The notes beneath the pieces were generated by a model. The model was not told the DNA's origin. It worked only from the letters and a program-made list of their open reading frames with translations, and searched no databases. Positions 1-7,747 of a stretch of DNA of 44,683 bases are shown here, piece by piece. The translations under genes were made by a program, and so were the position numbers. This DNA is from Thermodesulfobacteriota bacterium (GTDB lineage: Bacteria > Desulfobacterota > Syntrophia > Syntrophales > JADFWA01), in the NCBI GenBank assembly GCA_034658835.1, contig JAYEGA010000058.1, forward strand, positions 1-44,683, given 5' to 3'. Within the stretch, counting starts at the first letter, position 1. Each line of letters begins with the position of its first letter.

Positions 1-1
1 T

Positions 2-652
2 GTAATTTATCAGAAGATGAAAAACAAGAATAAAGATTATGATGTTTATTCCACAGTATATTCTCAGGTTTATGGAGGATATGATGTGGAGTCTGAATAT
101 TCTAACAGAGCTGTAGATGAAACCAGGGGAAGAATACTTATCTATGATAATCAGCCGGTTCTGGCCTATTTCCATTCAAACAGTGGTGGAATAACCGAGA
201 ATGCAAAGAATGTATGGACGGCGGATGTTCCTTATCTTAAAGGAAATTCAGATAGTTATAGCACAAAAGCCCCGAATTATTTATGGACGCTATTTTTGAG
301 CTTTAATGAGATGAAAAGTGCCCTGAATAAACATGGTGTTGGTATTGGTGACATACATGAAGTTACCGCTGTCGAGGTTAGTCCCAGCGGCAGGGTTAAA
401 AGAGTCAAAATCTTGCATAGCAGTGGGGAAATTACCCTTACCGGCAATAACTTTCGCATCAAAGTAGATCCTGCAATAATTAAGAGTACTCTCTTTACTA
501 TGACGAGAGAGGGGAACGGAATTCGTTTTGATGGTAGAGGATATGGCCATGGTGTTGGGCTCAGCCAGTGGGGAGCATATATAATGGCCAAAGAGGGACA
601 TTCCTGCAGGGATATCTTAAAGCATTACTATTCACGGGTGAAAATCAGGTAG
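2..652 (+). CDS. SpoIID/LytB-domain protein, 5'-truncated by the window edge
   Basis: The frame is open from position 2, with no stop before the listed ATG at 17. Motifs YFHSNSGGITEN and GYGHGVGLSQWGA are typical of the SpoIID/LytB domain. Confidence 0.8.
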   Translation, partial: VIYQKMKNKNKDYDVYSTVYSQVYGGYDVESEYSNRAVDETRGRILIYDNQPVLAYFHSNSGGITENAKNVWTADVPYLKGNSDSYSTKAPNYLWTLFLSFNEMKSALNKHGVGIGDIHEVTAVEVSPSGRVKRVKILHSSGEITLTGNNFRIKVDPAIIKSTLFTMTREGNGIRFDGRGYGHGVGLSQWGAYIMAKEGHSCRDILKHYYSRVKIR

Positions 653-682
653 ATAGAATTGGGATATAAAGAATGACGTTTC

Positions 683-722
683 AAAAAAAAAGGCCGGAAG
701 CTGAACCTTCCGGCCTTTCACA
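683..722. terminator. Bidirectional rho-independent terminator between convergent genes
   Basis: A perfect 10-bp stem, AGGCCGGAAG (691-700) / CTTCCGGCCT (707-716), has a 6-nt loop. It is preceded by an A9 run (a T-run on the minus strand) and followed by a T-rich tail. Confidence 0.65.
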
Positions 723-726
723 TTTT

Positions 727-2055
727 TTACTCTTCGTCCTCGTCTTCGTCCTCATCCTCATAGAAATCATCTACAGTTTCTGCGCCTTCAGGGACTTCCG
801 CTTCTATAGAACGCGTAATTCCCCTTACAAGAATTGCAAGAATAAGGAAGAGTAAAATAACTGAAATCACAATAATCATGGCGATTGTTGTTGTCCACGA
901 TTTTACTTCTTTCTCTACATTCTCGGAGTAAGCCCTGGCGAGTGTGTTAAACTTCTCTACATCTACTCCCATTCCTATCCACCCAAATCCACCAGGCTTT
1001 GGATAACTTTTGCTATAGAACTTAATAGGTGCATAAGCCACAAATTTTGTGTGACCTTTGAACTTATAGGTCTTGGTCCCGGAATTTCCCGCAGCCGCAT
1101 CATTTGAAATTTCCCGCATACCGCGATCCATGAAATCGAGAAGATTGAGATTTAATACCTCTTTTCCTTTTTCAGATAGCGTCTTTGCAGTTTTTTCGGT
1201 AAGCGGCGGGACAGGTGTGCCATTACTATAAAGACCAATTATATGGTAGTCACTCGGATGAGAAATAATAAATCCCCTGTTGTCCACCATATAGGCATAG
1301 TTACCGGTTGATGCATCTGCCTCTACAACGTATTCAGACTGAGTCGGCACAATATGATCAGTAAACTCAGCAAGATGCCTTACATCAAGAGCTAAAGTAA
1401 CTATTCCCGAAAATCCTTTCTGATCAAATAAAGGAGTGGCCATGCGGATTATACCTGTGAACCTCTTTCCCTTTTCAAAATCCGATCTGCTCACATACCA
1501 GCCGGTGACATGAGAAATATAAACTTTCCCTTTTTTGAGACTCCTGGCCTTGGCGAAATAGTCCTCAGATTTGTAAGTGGTATTTGCAGGATCACTCACA
1601 TTTTTCAGTTTTGATTTAGGTACTATCTCTCCATCAACAATCTTTATCAATTCGTCACCAGTTCTGTCAGTCAGAGACATCTCGGTGTAAAGAGGGGCCA
1701 GAATCTTACGGACCTTTTTATCTTTTTTTACCCAGATGTAACCCCCCTTCTTGCTTACAAACTCCTTATATGCAGAATCGGTTGTCGGAATGATCGTTGC
1801 AATCAAGAGATCATTCCTTCTCTCCCCGAGGAATTTGGCAACTTCTTCAGCCGTATTGATGGCACGTGTCCTGATTTCATTCTGGGATTTTTCGTCCAGG
1901 GCAGCAGTTGCCCGCTGCCTTGTTGTTTCCCCAACTTTGAAGATGCCGTTGGCTATAAGAAGAGCCATGAGTGATAAGGGGATCACGATAAGCAGGAAGA
2001 ATATCCTCCCTACAGTGAATAGCTGCTTCTCTTTTTTAGTTTCTGACATTATCAT
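727..2055 (-). CDS. Membrane protein with a large periplasmic double-Cache-like domain, no output domain and a poly-acidic C-terminal tail
   Basis: 442-aa ORF. It has an N-terminal TM segment (FFLLIVIPLSLMALLIANGIF), about 350 aa of extracytoplasmic Cache-like sequence (YISHVTGWYVS, YAYMVDNRGFIISHP, FVAYAPI) and a second TM (IAMIIVISVILLFLILAILV). The cytoplasmic tail is only about 35 aa and ends in YEDEDEDEDEE. The gene lies 43 nt downstream of atpE on the same strand. Confidence 0.65.
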   Translation of the reverse strand: MIMSETKKEKQLFTVGRIFFLLIVIPLSLMALLIANGIFKVGETTRQRATAALDEKSQNEIRTRAINTAEEVAKFLGERRNDLLIATIIPTTDSAYKEFVSKKGGYIWVKKDKKVRKILAPLYTEMSLTDRTGDELIKIVDGEIVPKSKLKNVSDPANTTYKSEDYFAKARSLKKGKVYISHVTGWYVSRSDFEKGKRFTGIIRMATPLFDQKGFSGIVTLALDVRHLAEFTDHIVPTQSEYVVEADASTGNYAYMVDNRGFIISHPSDYHIIGLYSNGTPVPPLTEKTAKTLSEKGKEVLNLNLLDFMDRGMREISNDAAAGNSGTKTYKFKGHTKFVAYAPIKFYSKSYPKPGGFGWIGMGVDVEKFNTLARAYSENVEKEVKSWTTTIAMIIVISVILLFLILAILVRGITRSIEAEVPEGAETVDDFYEDEDEDEDEE

Positions 2056-2097
2056 TCCCCCTAACTGTTGTTAGCTATTGAAGTTAATTACCTGATA

Positions 2098-2472
2098 CTA
2101 TCCAAGAAAATAGCTCATGTAGGGGTTTGCGAAGAGGAGAACAAGAGAAATAACGAGGGCATATATGGCGATTGATTCTGCCATGGCCATACCAACAAGC
2201 ATGGTCATCAATATCTTTCCCTGAACTCCGGGATTTCTTCCAACTGCCGTGCATGCTCCGTTTCCAATGTTGCCGATCCCTATACCCGCGCCGACAGCCC
2301 CCACGCCAATAGCAATACCTGCTGCAATCATTGCTCCGACTGACCAGATAACCTTTGTGTAAGATTCACTTGCAGGAAGCGCTTCTGCGGCAAAGGCCAC
2401 TGATGAAGATATTAGCAGGATAACCGTTGTTGTTAAGAGGGCTAATAACATTTTTCTGAGTTTCTGTGACAT
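2098..2472 (-). CDS. atpE: F-type ATP synthase subunit c with an N-terminal signal-peptide-like extension
   Basis: The GxGxGxG helix-1 motif (GAVGAGIGIGNIGNG), the RNPG loop and the helix-2 carboxylate motif MAMAESIAIYALVISLVLLFANP are present. The first ~30 aa look like a Sec signal (KK, a hydrophobic core, then AFA-AE). A strong SD (AAAGGAG) sits 9 nt upstream of the ATG. Confidence 0.85.
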   Translation of the reverse strand: MSQKLRKMLLALLTTTVILLISSSVAFAAEALPASESYTKVIWSVGAMIAAGIAIGVGAVGAGIGIGNIGNGACTAVGRNPGVQGKILMTMLVGMAMAESIAIYALVISLVLLFANPYMSYFLG

Positions 2473-2586
2473 TTCTCATTACTCCTTTCATTGTTCAATG
2501 TTTTTTTATTTTCCGCTTTTCCTTTTCTTATAGCACGAAATACGTTTCGTGGAAAGTGGAAATTTTTGAGAACCGAATGGGGGTTT

Positions 2587-2602
2587 TGCAACAGTTATGC
2601 CA
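2587..2602 (-). promoter_or_regulatory. Candidate sigma-54 (-24/-12) promoter directed at atpE
   Basis: The minus strand reads TGGCATAACTGTTGCA, against the consensus TGGCAC-N5-TTGCW. GG and GC have the canonical spacing. The site is about 116 nt upstream of the atpE ATG, and a 7-bp-stem hairpin (2534-2551) lies in the predicted leader. Confidence 0.6.
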
Positions 2603-2695
2603 CTTTATTCTGGATTGTGGTTTCTGCTTTAACATAGTATAAATGTTTATATAATTTGAATTTCGGGTCCCTGTGCTCAATATTCTTCCAGGGAG

Positions 2696-2753
2696 CGCAG
2701 TTTAACGTCTTGTTAAATTGCGTCCTGCGAATTTAACGAATTGTAAAATTGGC
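2696..2753. promoter_or_regulatory. Two tandem dyad-symmetric sites, candidate enhancer (UAS) for a sigma-54 activator
   Basis: Site 1 is CGCAGTTTAAC-N5-GTTAAATTGCG (2696-2722, 10/11 symmetric). Site 2 is GCGAATTTAAC-N5-GTAAAATTGGC (2727-2753, 9/11 symmetric). Their centres are about 31 bp apart, and about 110 and 140 bp upstream of the -24 element. Confidence 0.45.
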
Positions 2754-2774
2754 TCACATATCAGTATATTTTTA

Positions 2775-2803
2775 TTGAAATATTTTGACTGGAACGATAG
2801 TAT
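2775..2803 (+). promoter_or_regulatory. Possible sigma-70 promoter for the small-ORF/kinase operon
   Basis: TTGAAA (2775-2780), 17-nt spacer, TAGTAT (2798-2803). The match is weak to moderate. Confidence 0.3.
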
Positions 2804-2885
2804 GCAGGAGCCAGATGAGTTTATTCGTAAGAGAGTGGATAAAGGTTCTGGAACTTTTGATTCCATGTTGTGAGAGGGTAAAATA

Positions 2886-3062
2886 ATGATGCAGGAAGTA
2901 TTGACCGCTGTAACCTATCTGGTTGTTTGGCTTATCTGTGAAAAGGTTATTGGTATTGAGAGTGGATTGACCAAGCTTCTTATTTCGTTGGGTTCTGCTG
3001 TGGGTGTTTATATATTGATGGCTGTTAAAGAACATAAAGAGAAAGACCAAAGAAAGGAGTAA
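2886..3062 (+). CDS. Small (58 aa) predicted two-TM membrane protein, below the ORF-track cutoff
   Basis: My translation is MMQEVLTAVTYLVVWLICEKVIGIESGLTKLLISLGSAVGVYILMAVKEHKEKDQRKE. An SD-like GAGAGGG lies 7 nt upstream. The TAA stop abuts the TTG start of the kinase at 3063, and the kinase SD (AAGGAG) lies in the last codons of this ORF. Confidence 0.4.
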   Translation: MMQEVLTAVTYLVVWLICEKVIGIESGLTKLLISLGSAVGVYILMAVKEHKEKDQRKE

Positions 3063-5696
3063 TTGACTGTGCAGAAAACCCGGTCCAGCGATAAAAATAA
3101 GCGTTTTGAAATCAATTCAATGCTTTCCATCTGGCTGGCCACTCTAACTGTTGTTTTCTTGATTGTCCTGTTTGCTCTGGTCATCAACAGTGCAAGGGAA
3201 AAAGATATGGTGGAGCAGTATAGTAAACAGCAGCTTACTATTGCCAGGGGGACAGCCGCTGGAATAGAGGATCTCGTTGTTGGCGTTGAGAGGAGTATGA
3301 TAAATCTGTCCAGGCTTCCATGTGTTAAGGGAACTATGCCCGAAGCCACACTCCAGAGCTTGAAGGTAATATATAGTGATCTGGAAGGGAAGGTCAGTTT
3401 TATAGCCATAGAAGATAAGGATGGAGTAGCTATAGGTGCTTACCCGGCTTCTTTCCTGAAAGAAATGACGGGTGAGAGCTTTCAATTTTACCGCTATTTT
3501 CAGGAGGTAAAGAAAACAGGAAGACCGTATATAAGCGATCTGGTACTGGCGGGTGGAGAAAAAGGTAAGGACTTGGAAAGCAAATTTAAGTCTATTATTA
3601 TTGCTGTTCCCAGATATGATTCAGACAATGAGTTTTCCGGTGTGGTTTTTGCCGCCCTTTCTCTTTCCACCATAATCGATCGGTACATCAGGCCGGTCAA
3701 GTGTGAGGTATCGTGCTATTCCTGGATGGTGGATGATGGTGGTACAATACTTGTCCACCATGACGCGGAATTTATAGGAAAGAATATAGGGATACTCGAA
3801 GGCGCTAAATCTCAGGGATCAATACCCCTGAAAGATATTCTGCTGAAAGATGAAGGGGGATACGGTGAGTATTTGCTGCTTGCAGATGGTGGCAGGGTTG
3901 AAAAAAATGTTGTAGCCTATGCCCCGATTCATCTGGGTTCACGAAAAAGGGTGATCGCCATCAATTCTCCTTATGATATGGTGATTTCACTTTTGCGTAA
4001 GACTTTTCTCGATATCATGTCTGTAGCTGTCGGGTTGATTGTTGTCGTTATTATCGGAAGTATGTTTATGGTCCATTCGGGGAGAAAGCGACTGCGTCTC
4101 GAAGAAGAAGTGAAGCACCTGAAGGAGAGGAGTGTCTGGCAGGAAAAACTCGCCAGGGAGAAGAAGACCATTGAAGGAATCATAGAAGGATCTCCCATAC
4201 CGACATTTGTCATAAATAAAGAGCATGAGATCATCCTCTGGAGCAAGGCCTGTACTGAGCTGACCGGTTTTGACAGCAAGGAGATGATAGGCACAGACAG
4301 GCAGCATGTTCCATTCTATCCGGACAAGAGACCGGTTATAGCCGATCTGATTATTGATAATGATACTGAAGGATTGAAAAAGTATTATGGTGGTAAGATG
4401 GTACAGGAGTCGGTGGTAGTAAAGGGTGCTTATGAAGCGAGTGATTTCTTTAAGGACTTAGGTGGTAAAGATAGACACCTCTATTTTTTGGCGGCTCCGA
4501 TATATGATAAAAAAGGGGAGGTTATTGCAGCTATTGAAACCCTTCAGGATGTCTCCCATGAAAAGGAAATGGGACTCAAATTAAAGGAATATGCGGAGAC
4601 CCTCGAAAATGAACTGGATAAAAATGTCAGGCTAAAAGATGAGATGGAAGGACTTTACAATTATCTACAGTCTATATTGGATAGTTCCCCCGATCTGGTA
4701 TTTGTCTTCAACAGTGAGGGAGCTATCGATTATGTCAGCCGGGAAATGAGAGAAAAAAACGGATCTGCCTTTCAGCAGATCAAGGGTAAACATTTTACAG
4801 GATTTGTTGCCCCGGAACACAGGGATTCCATGCTTGAAAAATGGAAAGAGATAAAGAGAGGAATATTTAAACCTTTCGAGATTGAGGTAAAAAGAGAGGA
4901 TGGTTCGGCAAGAAATTTATTGTTAATCTCCGGCCCGATTAAGGGCACGGACCGGTATGTTGTTGTTCAACGTGATATTACGGAATTTAAAAACCTTGAG
5001 AAAAAATTCTATGAGAGCCAGAAGCTTGCTGCTGTGGGACAGTTGTCCGCCGGTATTGCACACGAAGTCAGAAACCCGCTTTCTTCTATAAAAATGAGCC
5101 TTCAAATTCTGGAAAAAAGGCTGAAACCTTCAGGAAATGATTTGAAGAGATTCAAGATTGCCGAGAAGGAGGTTGAGCACCTGGAGAAACTGGTAAGAGA
5201 TATCCTTATTTTTGCCAAGCCTGGAGAACCTAAAAAGGAACTTGATGATATCAATAAATTTCTTGGACGTTCTCTTGCAATGGCTGAAAAGGAAATATCG
5301 GACAAAAAGATAAATATCCAGTATATGTATGATAAAAATATTCCGCTTGTGAAATTTGATTCAGCCATGTTGGAGGAGGCATTTTTAAATATCTATCTCA
5401 ATGCTGTTGACGCAATGGAAGATCGGGGAAAGCTCTTAATATCGACGAAACTGCTTAAGAATAAGCATGATTCCATCGTTGTTAAGATTGAGGATAATGG
5501 TTGTGGTATTGATGAGGAGGACCTGCATCACATATTCAACCCATTTTTTACGAAGAAGAAGTATGGTACCGGTCTTGGGTTGACCCAGGTTAAGAAGATT
5601 GTTGACCTGCATCAGGGAACGGTGGAAGTCGTAAGTAAAAAGGGGAAAGGAACGACAGTTTGTATCACATTTCCTATTTTCAGTGAGGAAACGTGA
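3063..5696 (+). CDS. Sensor histidine kinase (TM, periplasmic Cache, TM, two PAS domains, HisKA, HATPase_c)
   Basis: H-box is AAVGQLSAGIAHEVRNPL. N-box is LNIYLNAVDAM. G-boxes are DNGCGI and GTGLGL. Two hydrophobic segments flank about 270 aa of Cache-like sequence. The TTG start sits 5 nt after AAGGAG; an alternative ATG is at 3120. Confidence 0.9.
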   Translation: MTVQKTRSSDKNKRFEINSMLSIWLATLTVVFLIVLFALVINSAREKDMVEQYSKQQLTIARGTAAGIEDLVVGVERSMINLSRLPCVKGTMPEATLQSLKVIYSDLEGKVSFIAIEDKDGVAIGAYPASFLKEMTGESFQFYRYFQEVKKTGRPYISDLVLAGGEKGKDLESKFKSIIIAVPRYDSDNEFSGVVFAALSLSTIIDRYIRPVKCEVSCYSWMVDDGGTILVHHDAEFIGKNIGILEGAKSQGSIPLKDILLKDEGGYGEYLLLADGGRVEKNVVAYAPIHLGSRKRVIAINSPYDMVISLLRKTFLDIMSVAVGLIVVVIIGSMFMVHSGRKRLRLEEEVKHLKERSVWQEKLAREKKTIEGIIEGSPIPTFVINKEHEIILWSKACTELTGFDSKEMIGTDRQHVPFYPDKRPVIADLIIDNDTEGLKKYYGGKMVQESVVVKGAYEASDFFKDLGGKDRHLYFLAAPIYDKKGEVIAAIETLQDVSHEKEMGLKLKEYAETLENELDKNVRLKDEMEGLYNYLQSILDSSPDLVFVFNSEGAIDYVSREMREKNGSAFQQIKGKHFTGFVAPEHRDSMLEKWKEIKRGIFKPFEIEVKREDGSARNLLLISGPIKGTDRYVVVQRDITEFKNLEKKFYESQKLAAVGQLSAGIAHEVRNPLSSIKMSLQILEKRLKPSGNDLKRFKIAEKEVEHLEKLVRDILIFAKPGEPKKELDDINKFLGRSLAMAEKEISDKKINIQYMYDKNIPLVKFDSAMLEEAFLNIYLNAVDAMEDRGKLLISTKLLKNKHDSIVVKIEDNGCGIDEEDLHHIFNPFFTKKKYGTGLGLTQVKKIVDLHQGTVEVVSKKGKGTTVCITFPIFSEET

Positions 5697-5739
5697 GAAA
5701 GATTGGAGATTAAGGGTTAAGTTTATTAGGAGTGGTGGC

Positions 5740-7119
5740 ATGTCGAAGATTCTTGTAGTGGATGATGACAGTTCTATATGTGAGACCCTCAAACTATATT
5801 TGACTGAAGAAGGGCATGAAGTACATACAGCACTGACCGGTACTGATGGGTTGAATAAGGTAGTTGAGGTTTCCCCTGATGTTGTAATTCTGGATATAAG
5901 ACTCCCGGATATTGACGGCTTTACCGTATTGGAAGATCTAAAAACGGATGATGAAGACACTAAAGTGATTATGATTACCGCTCATCATGATATGGATACG
6001 GCTATCAAGGCAATGAAGGAGGGGGCCTTTGATTACATTCACAAACCTATTGATGTTGATGAGCTGGACATAACCATTCAGAAGGCTTTAACAACCCTTG
6101 AAATGGAAAAGAAGATAAATGGTCTCCTCATGGAGCCTTCGAGGGATTTCAAGGTGGGGGACATTATTGGTGCAAGCAGTGCGATGAGCGAGATTTTTAA
6201 AATCATAGGAGTTGTTTCTCAGAGTAAAACAACAGTGCTTATTCAAGGAGAGAGCGGAACTGGTAAGGAACTGATTGCAAAGGTTATACATAGTAGCACG
6301 TCGAGCATTGAGCCTTATATAGCGATAAACTGCTCCGCCATTGTGGATACCCTCCTCGAATCTGAACTTTTTGGTCATGAGAAGGGCTCTTTTACCGGGG
6401 CAATAAGCAGAAAATTGGGTAAATTTGAGCTTGCCCGTTATGGTACGGTTTTTTTAGATGAGATCAGCGAGATGTCGATAAACCTTCAGGCCAAGCTCCT
6501 GAGAGTACTCCAGGAGATGGAGTTTGAGAGGGTTGGAGGTAAAGACAGGGTAAAGGTTAATGCAAGGATAATCACTGCCACCAACAAGGATCTCAAGAAA
6601 CTTGTGAGAGAAGGAAAATTCAGGGATGATCTTTATTATCGCCTGAATATTGTGTCAATAAACATCCCTCCACTGAGAGAGAGGGGAGAGGATATCCATC
6701 CACTTGTTAACTATCTCCTCAAAAAGATCAATCGTGAACTTCATAAGAGGATTGTTGGTGTATCTGATGAAATGATGGACGTCTTTATGAAATACAACTG
6801 GCCTGGAAATATCAGGGAGCTGGAGAATCTTCTGGTTAGAGCTACTGTTATAGCCAAGGGGCAGGTTCTCGGAAGAGGTGATTTCCCTGATCTGTTGGAA
6901 GACTTTTCCGAAGGAGAAATTCGGAGCGAAACGATAAACGAAGAAAGCGAAAAAGATGAGAATTTTGAGATCTGTACCATAGATGAAATAGAAAAGAAGC
7001 ATATAAGGAGAATAATCGAGAAAACCGGCAGGAATAAGGGTGAAATCTGCAAAATACTCGGTATCTCGCGGCCTACACTTGAGAGAAAATTAGAAAAGTA
7101 TGGTATAAAGTTTGAGTAA
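5740..7119 (+). CDS. Sigma-54-dependent response regulator (REC, AAA+ sigma-54 interaction domain, Fis-type HTH)
   Basis: The REC domain shows ILVVDDD and ILDIRLPDIDG. Walker A is GESGTGKE, and the GAFTGA-type loop is GSFTGA. ESELFGHEKG is present, and the C-terminal HTH is ICKILGISRPTLERKL. I prefer the ATG at 5740 (SD AGGAG upstream) over the track's GTG at 5683, which overlaps the kinase. Confidence 0.92.
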   Translation: MSKILVVDDDSSICETLKLYLTEEGHEVHTALTGTDGLNKVVEVSPDVVILDIRLPDIDGFTVLEDLKTDDEDTKVIMITAHHDMDTAIKAMKEGAFDYIHKPIDVDELDITIQKALTTLEMEKKINGLLMEPSRDFKVGDIIGASSAMSEIFKIIGVVSQSKTTVLIQGESGTGKELIAKVIHSSTSSIEPYIAINCSAIVDTLLESELFGHEKGSFTGAISRKLGKFELARYGTVFLDEISEMSINLQAKLLRVLQEMEFERVGGKDRVKVNARIITATNKDLKKLVREGKFRDDLYYRLNIVSINIPPLRERGEDIHPLVNYLLKKINRELHKRIVGVSDEMMDVFMKYNWPGNIRELENLLVRATVIAKGQVLGRGDFPDLLEDFSEGEIRSETINEESEKDENFEICTIDEIEKKHIRRIIEKTGRNKGEICKILGISRPTLERKLEKYGIKFE

Positions 7120-7125
7120 TAATGA

Positions 7126-7713
7126 ATGAAAATAACATCGGTAGACTTCATAAAGAGTGCCAGGGAACCCTCTCAGTATCCGAAGAGTTCACTTCCGGAG
7201 GTAGCCTTTGCCGGTAGATCCAACGTGGGAAAATCTTCGCTTATTAACACGCTTGTTAATCGAAAAAGGTTTGCCCGGACGAGCACCACTCCCGGAAGAA
7301 CACGGCTTATAAATTTTTTCATGATAAATAACCGTGTTTGTTTCGTCGACCTTCCCGGTTATGGATATGCCAGGGTACCCCTTTCTGTAAAGAGGGATTG
7401 GGGACCCATGGTGGAAAAATATCTTAGGGAACGGGAGAATCTGCGCCTTGTCATTTTAATCCTTGATGTAAGAAGGGATCCATCTGAGGGTGATCTTTCT
7501 CTTCTTGAATGGCTCCATTTTTATCGTATTAATGTCCTCGTTATTCTGACAAAAATCGACAAACTTTCCAGGAATCAAATAAAGATTCGACAGCAATGTA
7601 TAAAAAAGATCTTAGAATTATCTCTTGATAGTAACATAATTCTGTTTTCTGCCAGGACGGGCGAAGGAAAAGGGGCTATCTGGAAGGAGATAGAAAAAAG
7701 CAGTAAGCAGTAA
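7126..7713 (+). CDS. engB: Ribosome-biogenesis GTPase EngB/YsxC/YihA
   Basis: G1 is GRSNVGKSSLIN, G3 is DLPGYG and G4 is TKIDK. The length is typical at 195 aa. The gene starts 6 nt after the regulator stop. Confidence 0.9.
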   Translation: MKITSVDFIKSAREPSQYPKSSLPEVAFAGRSNVGKSSLINTLVNRKRFARTSTTPGRTRLINFFMINNRVCFVDLPGYGYARVPLSVKRDWGPMVEKYLRERENLRLVILILDVRRDPSEGDLSLLEWLHFYRINVLVILTKIDKLSRNQIKIRQQCIKKILELSLDSNIILFSARTGEGKGAIWKEIEKSSKQ

Positions 7714-7747
7714 GCAGTTTTCTTTTTGTAGTATCATCAATCCCGAG

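Noticed and set aside
2098-2472. Calling the c subunit Na+-specific from the Glu-Ser (AESI) motif.
   Set aside because: The helix-1 ligand position cannot be aligned confidently by eye, and H+-coupled c-rings can also carry E-S. Specificity is left undetermined.
2790-2806. TGGAACGATAGTATGCA as a sigma-54 promoter for the kinase operon.
   Set aside because: The GG-to-GC spacing is one nucleotide too long and the -24 element is TGGAAC. A sigma-70-like TTGAAA-N17-TAGTAT overlaps it and is at least as plausible.
2772-3050. The 92-aa minus-strand ORF listed in the track.
   Set aside because: It has no SD, an odd composition rich in His, Asn, Thr and Gln, and lies antisense to a better-supported small ORF that is translationally coupled to the kinase.
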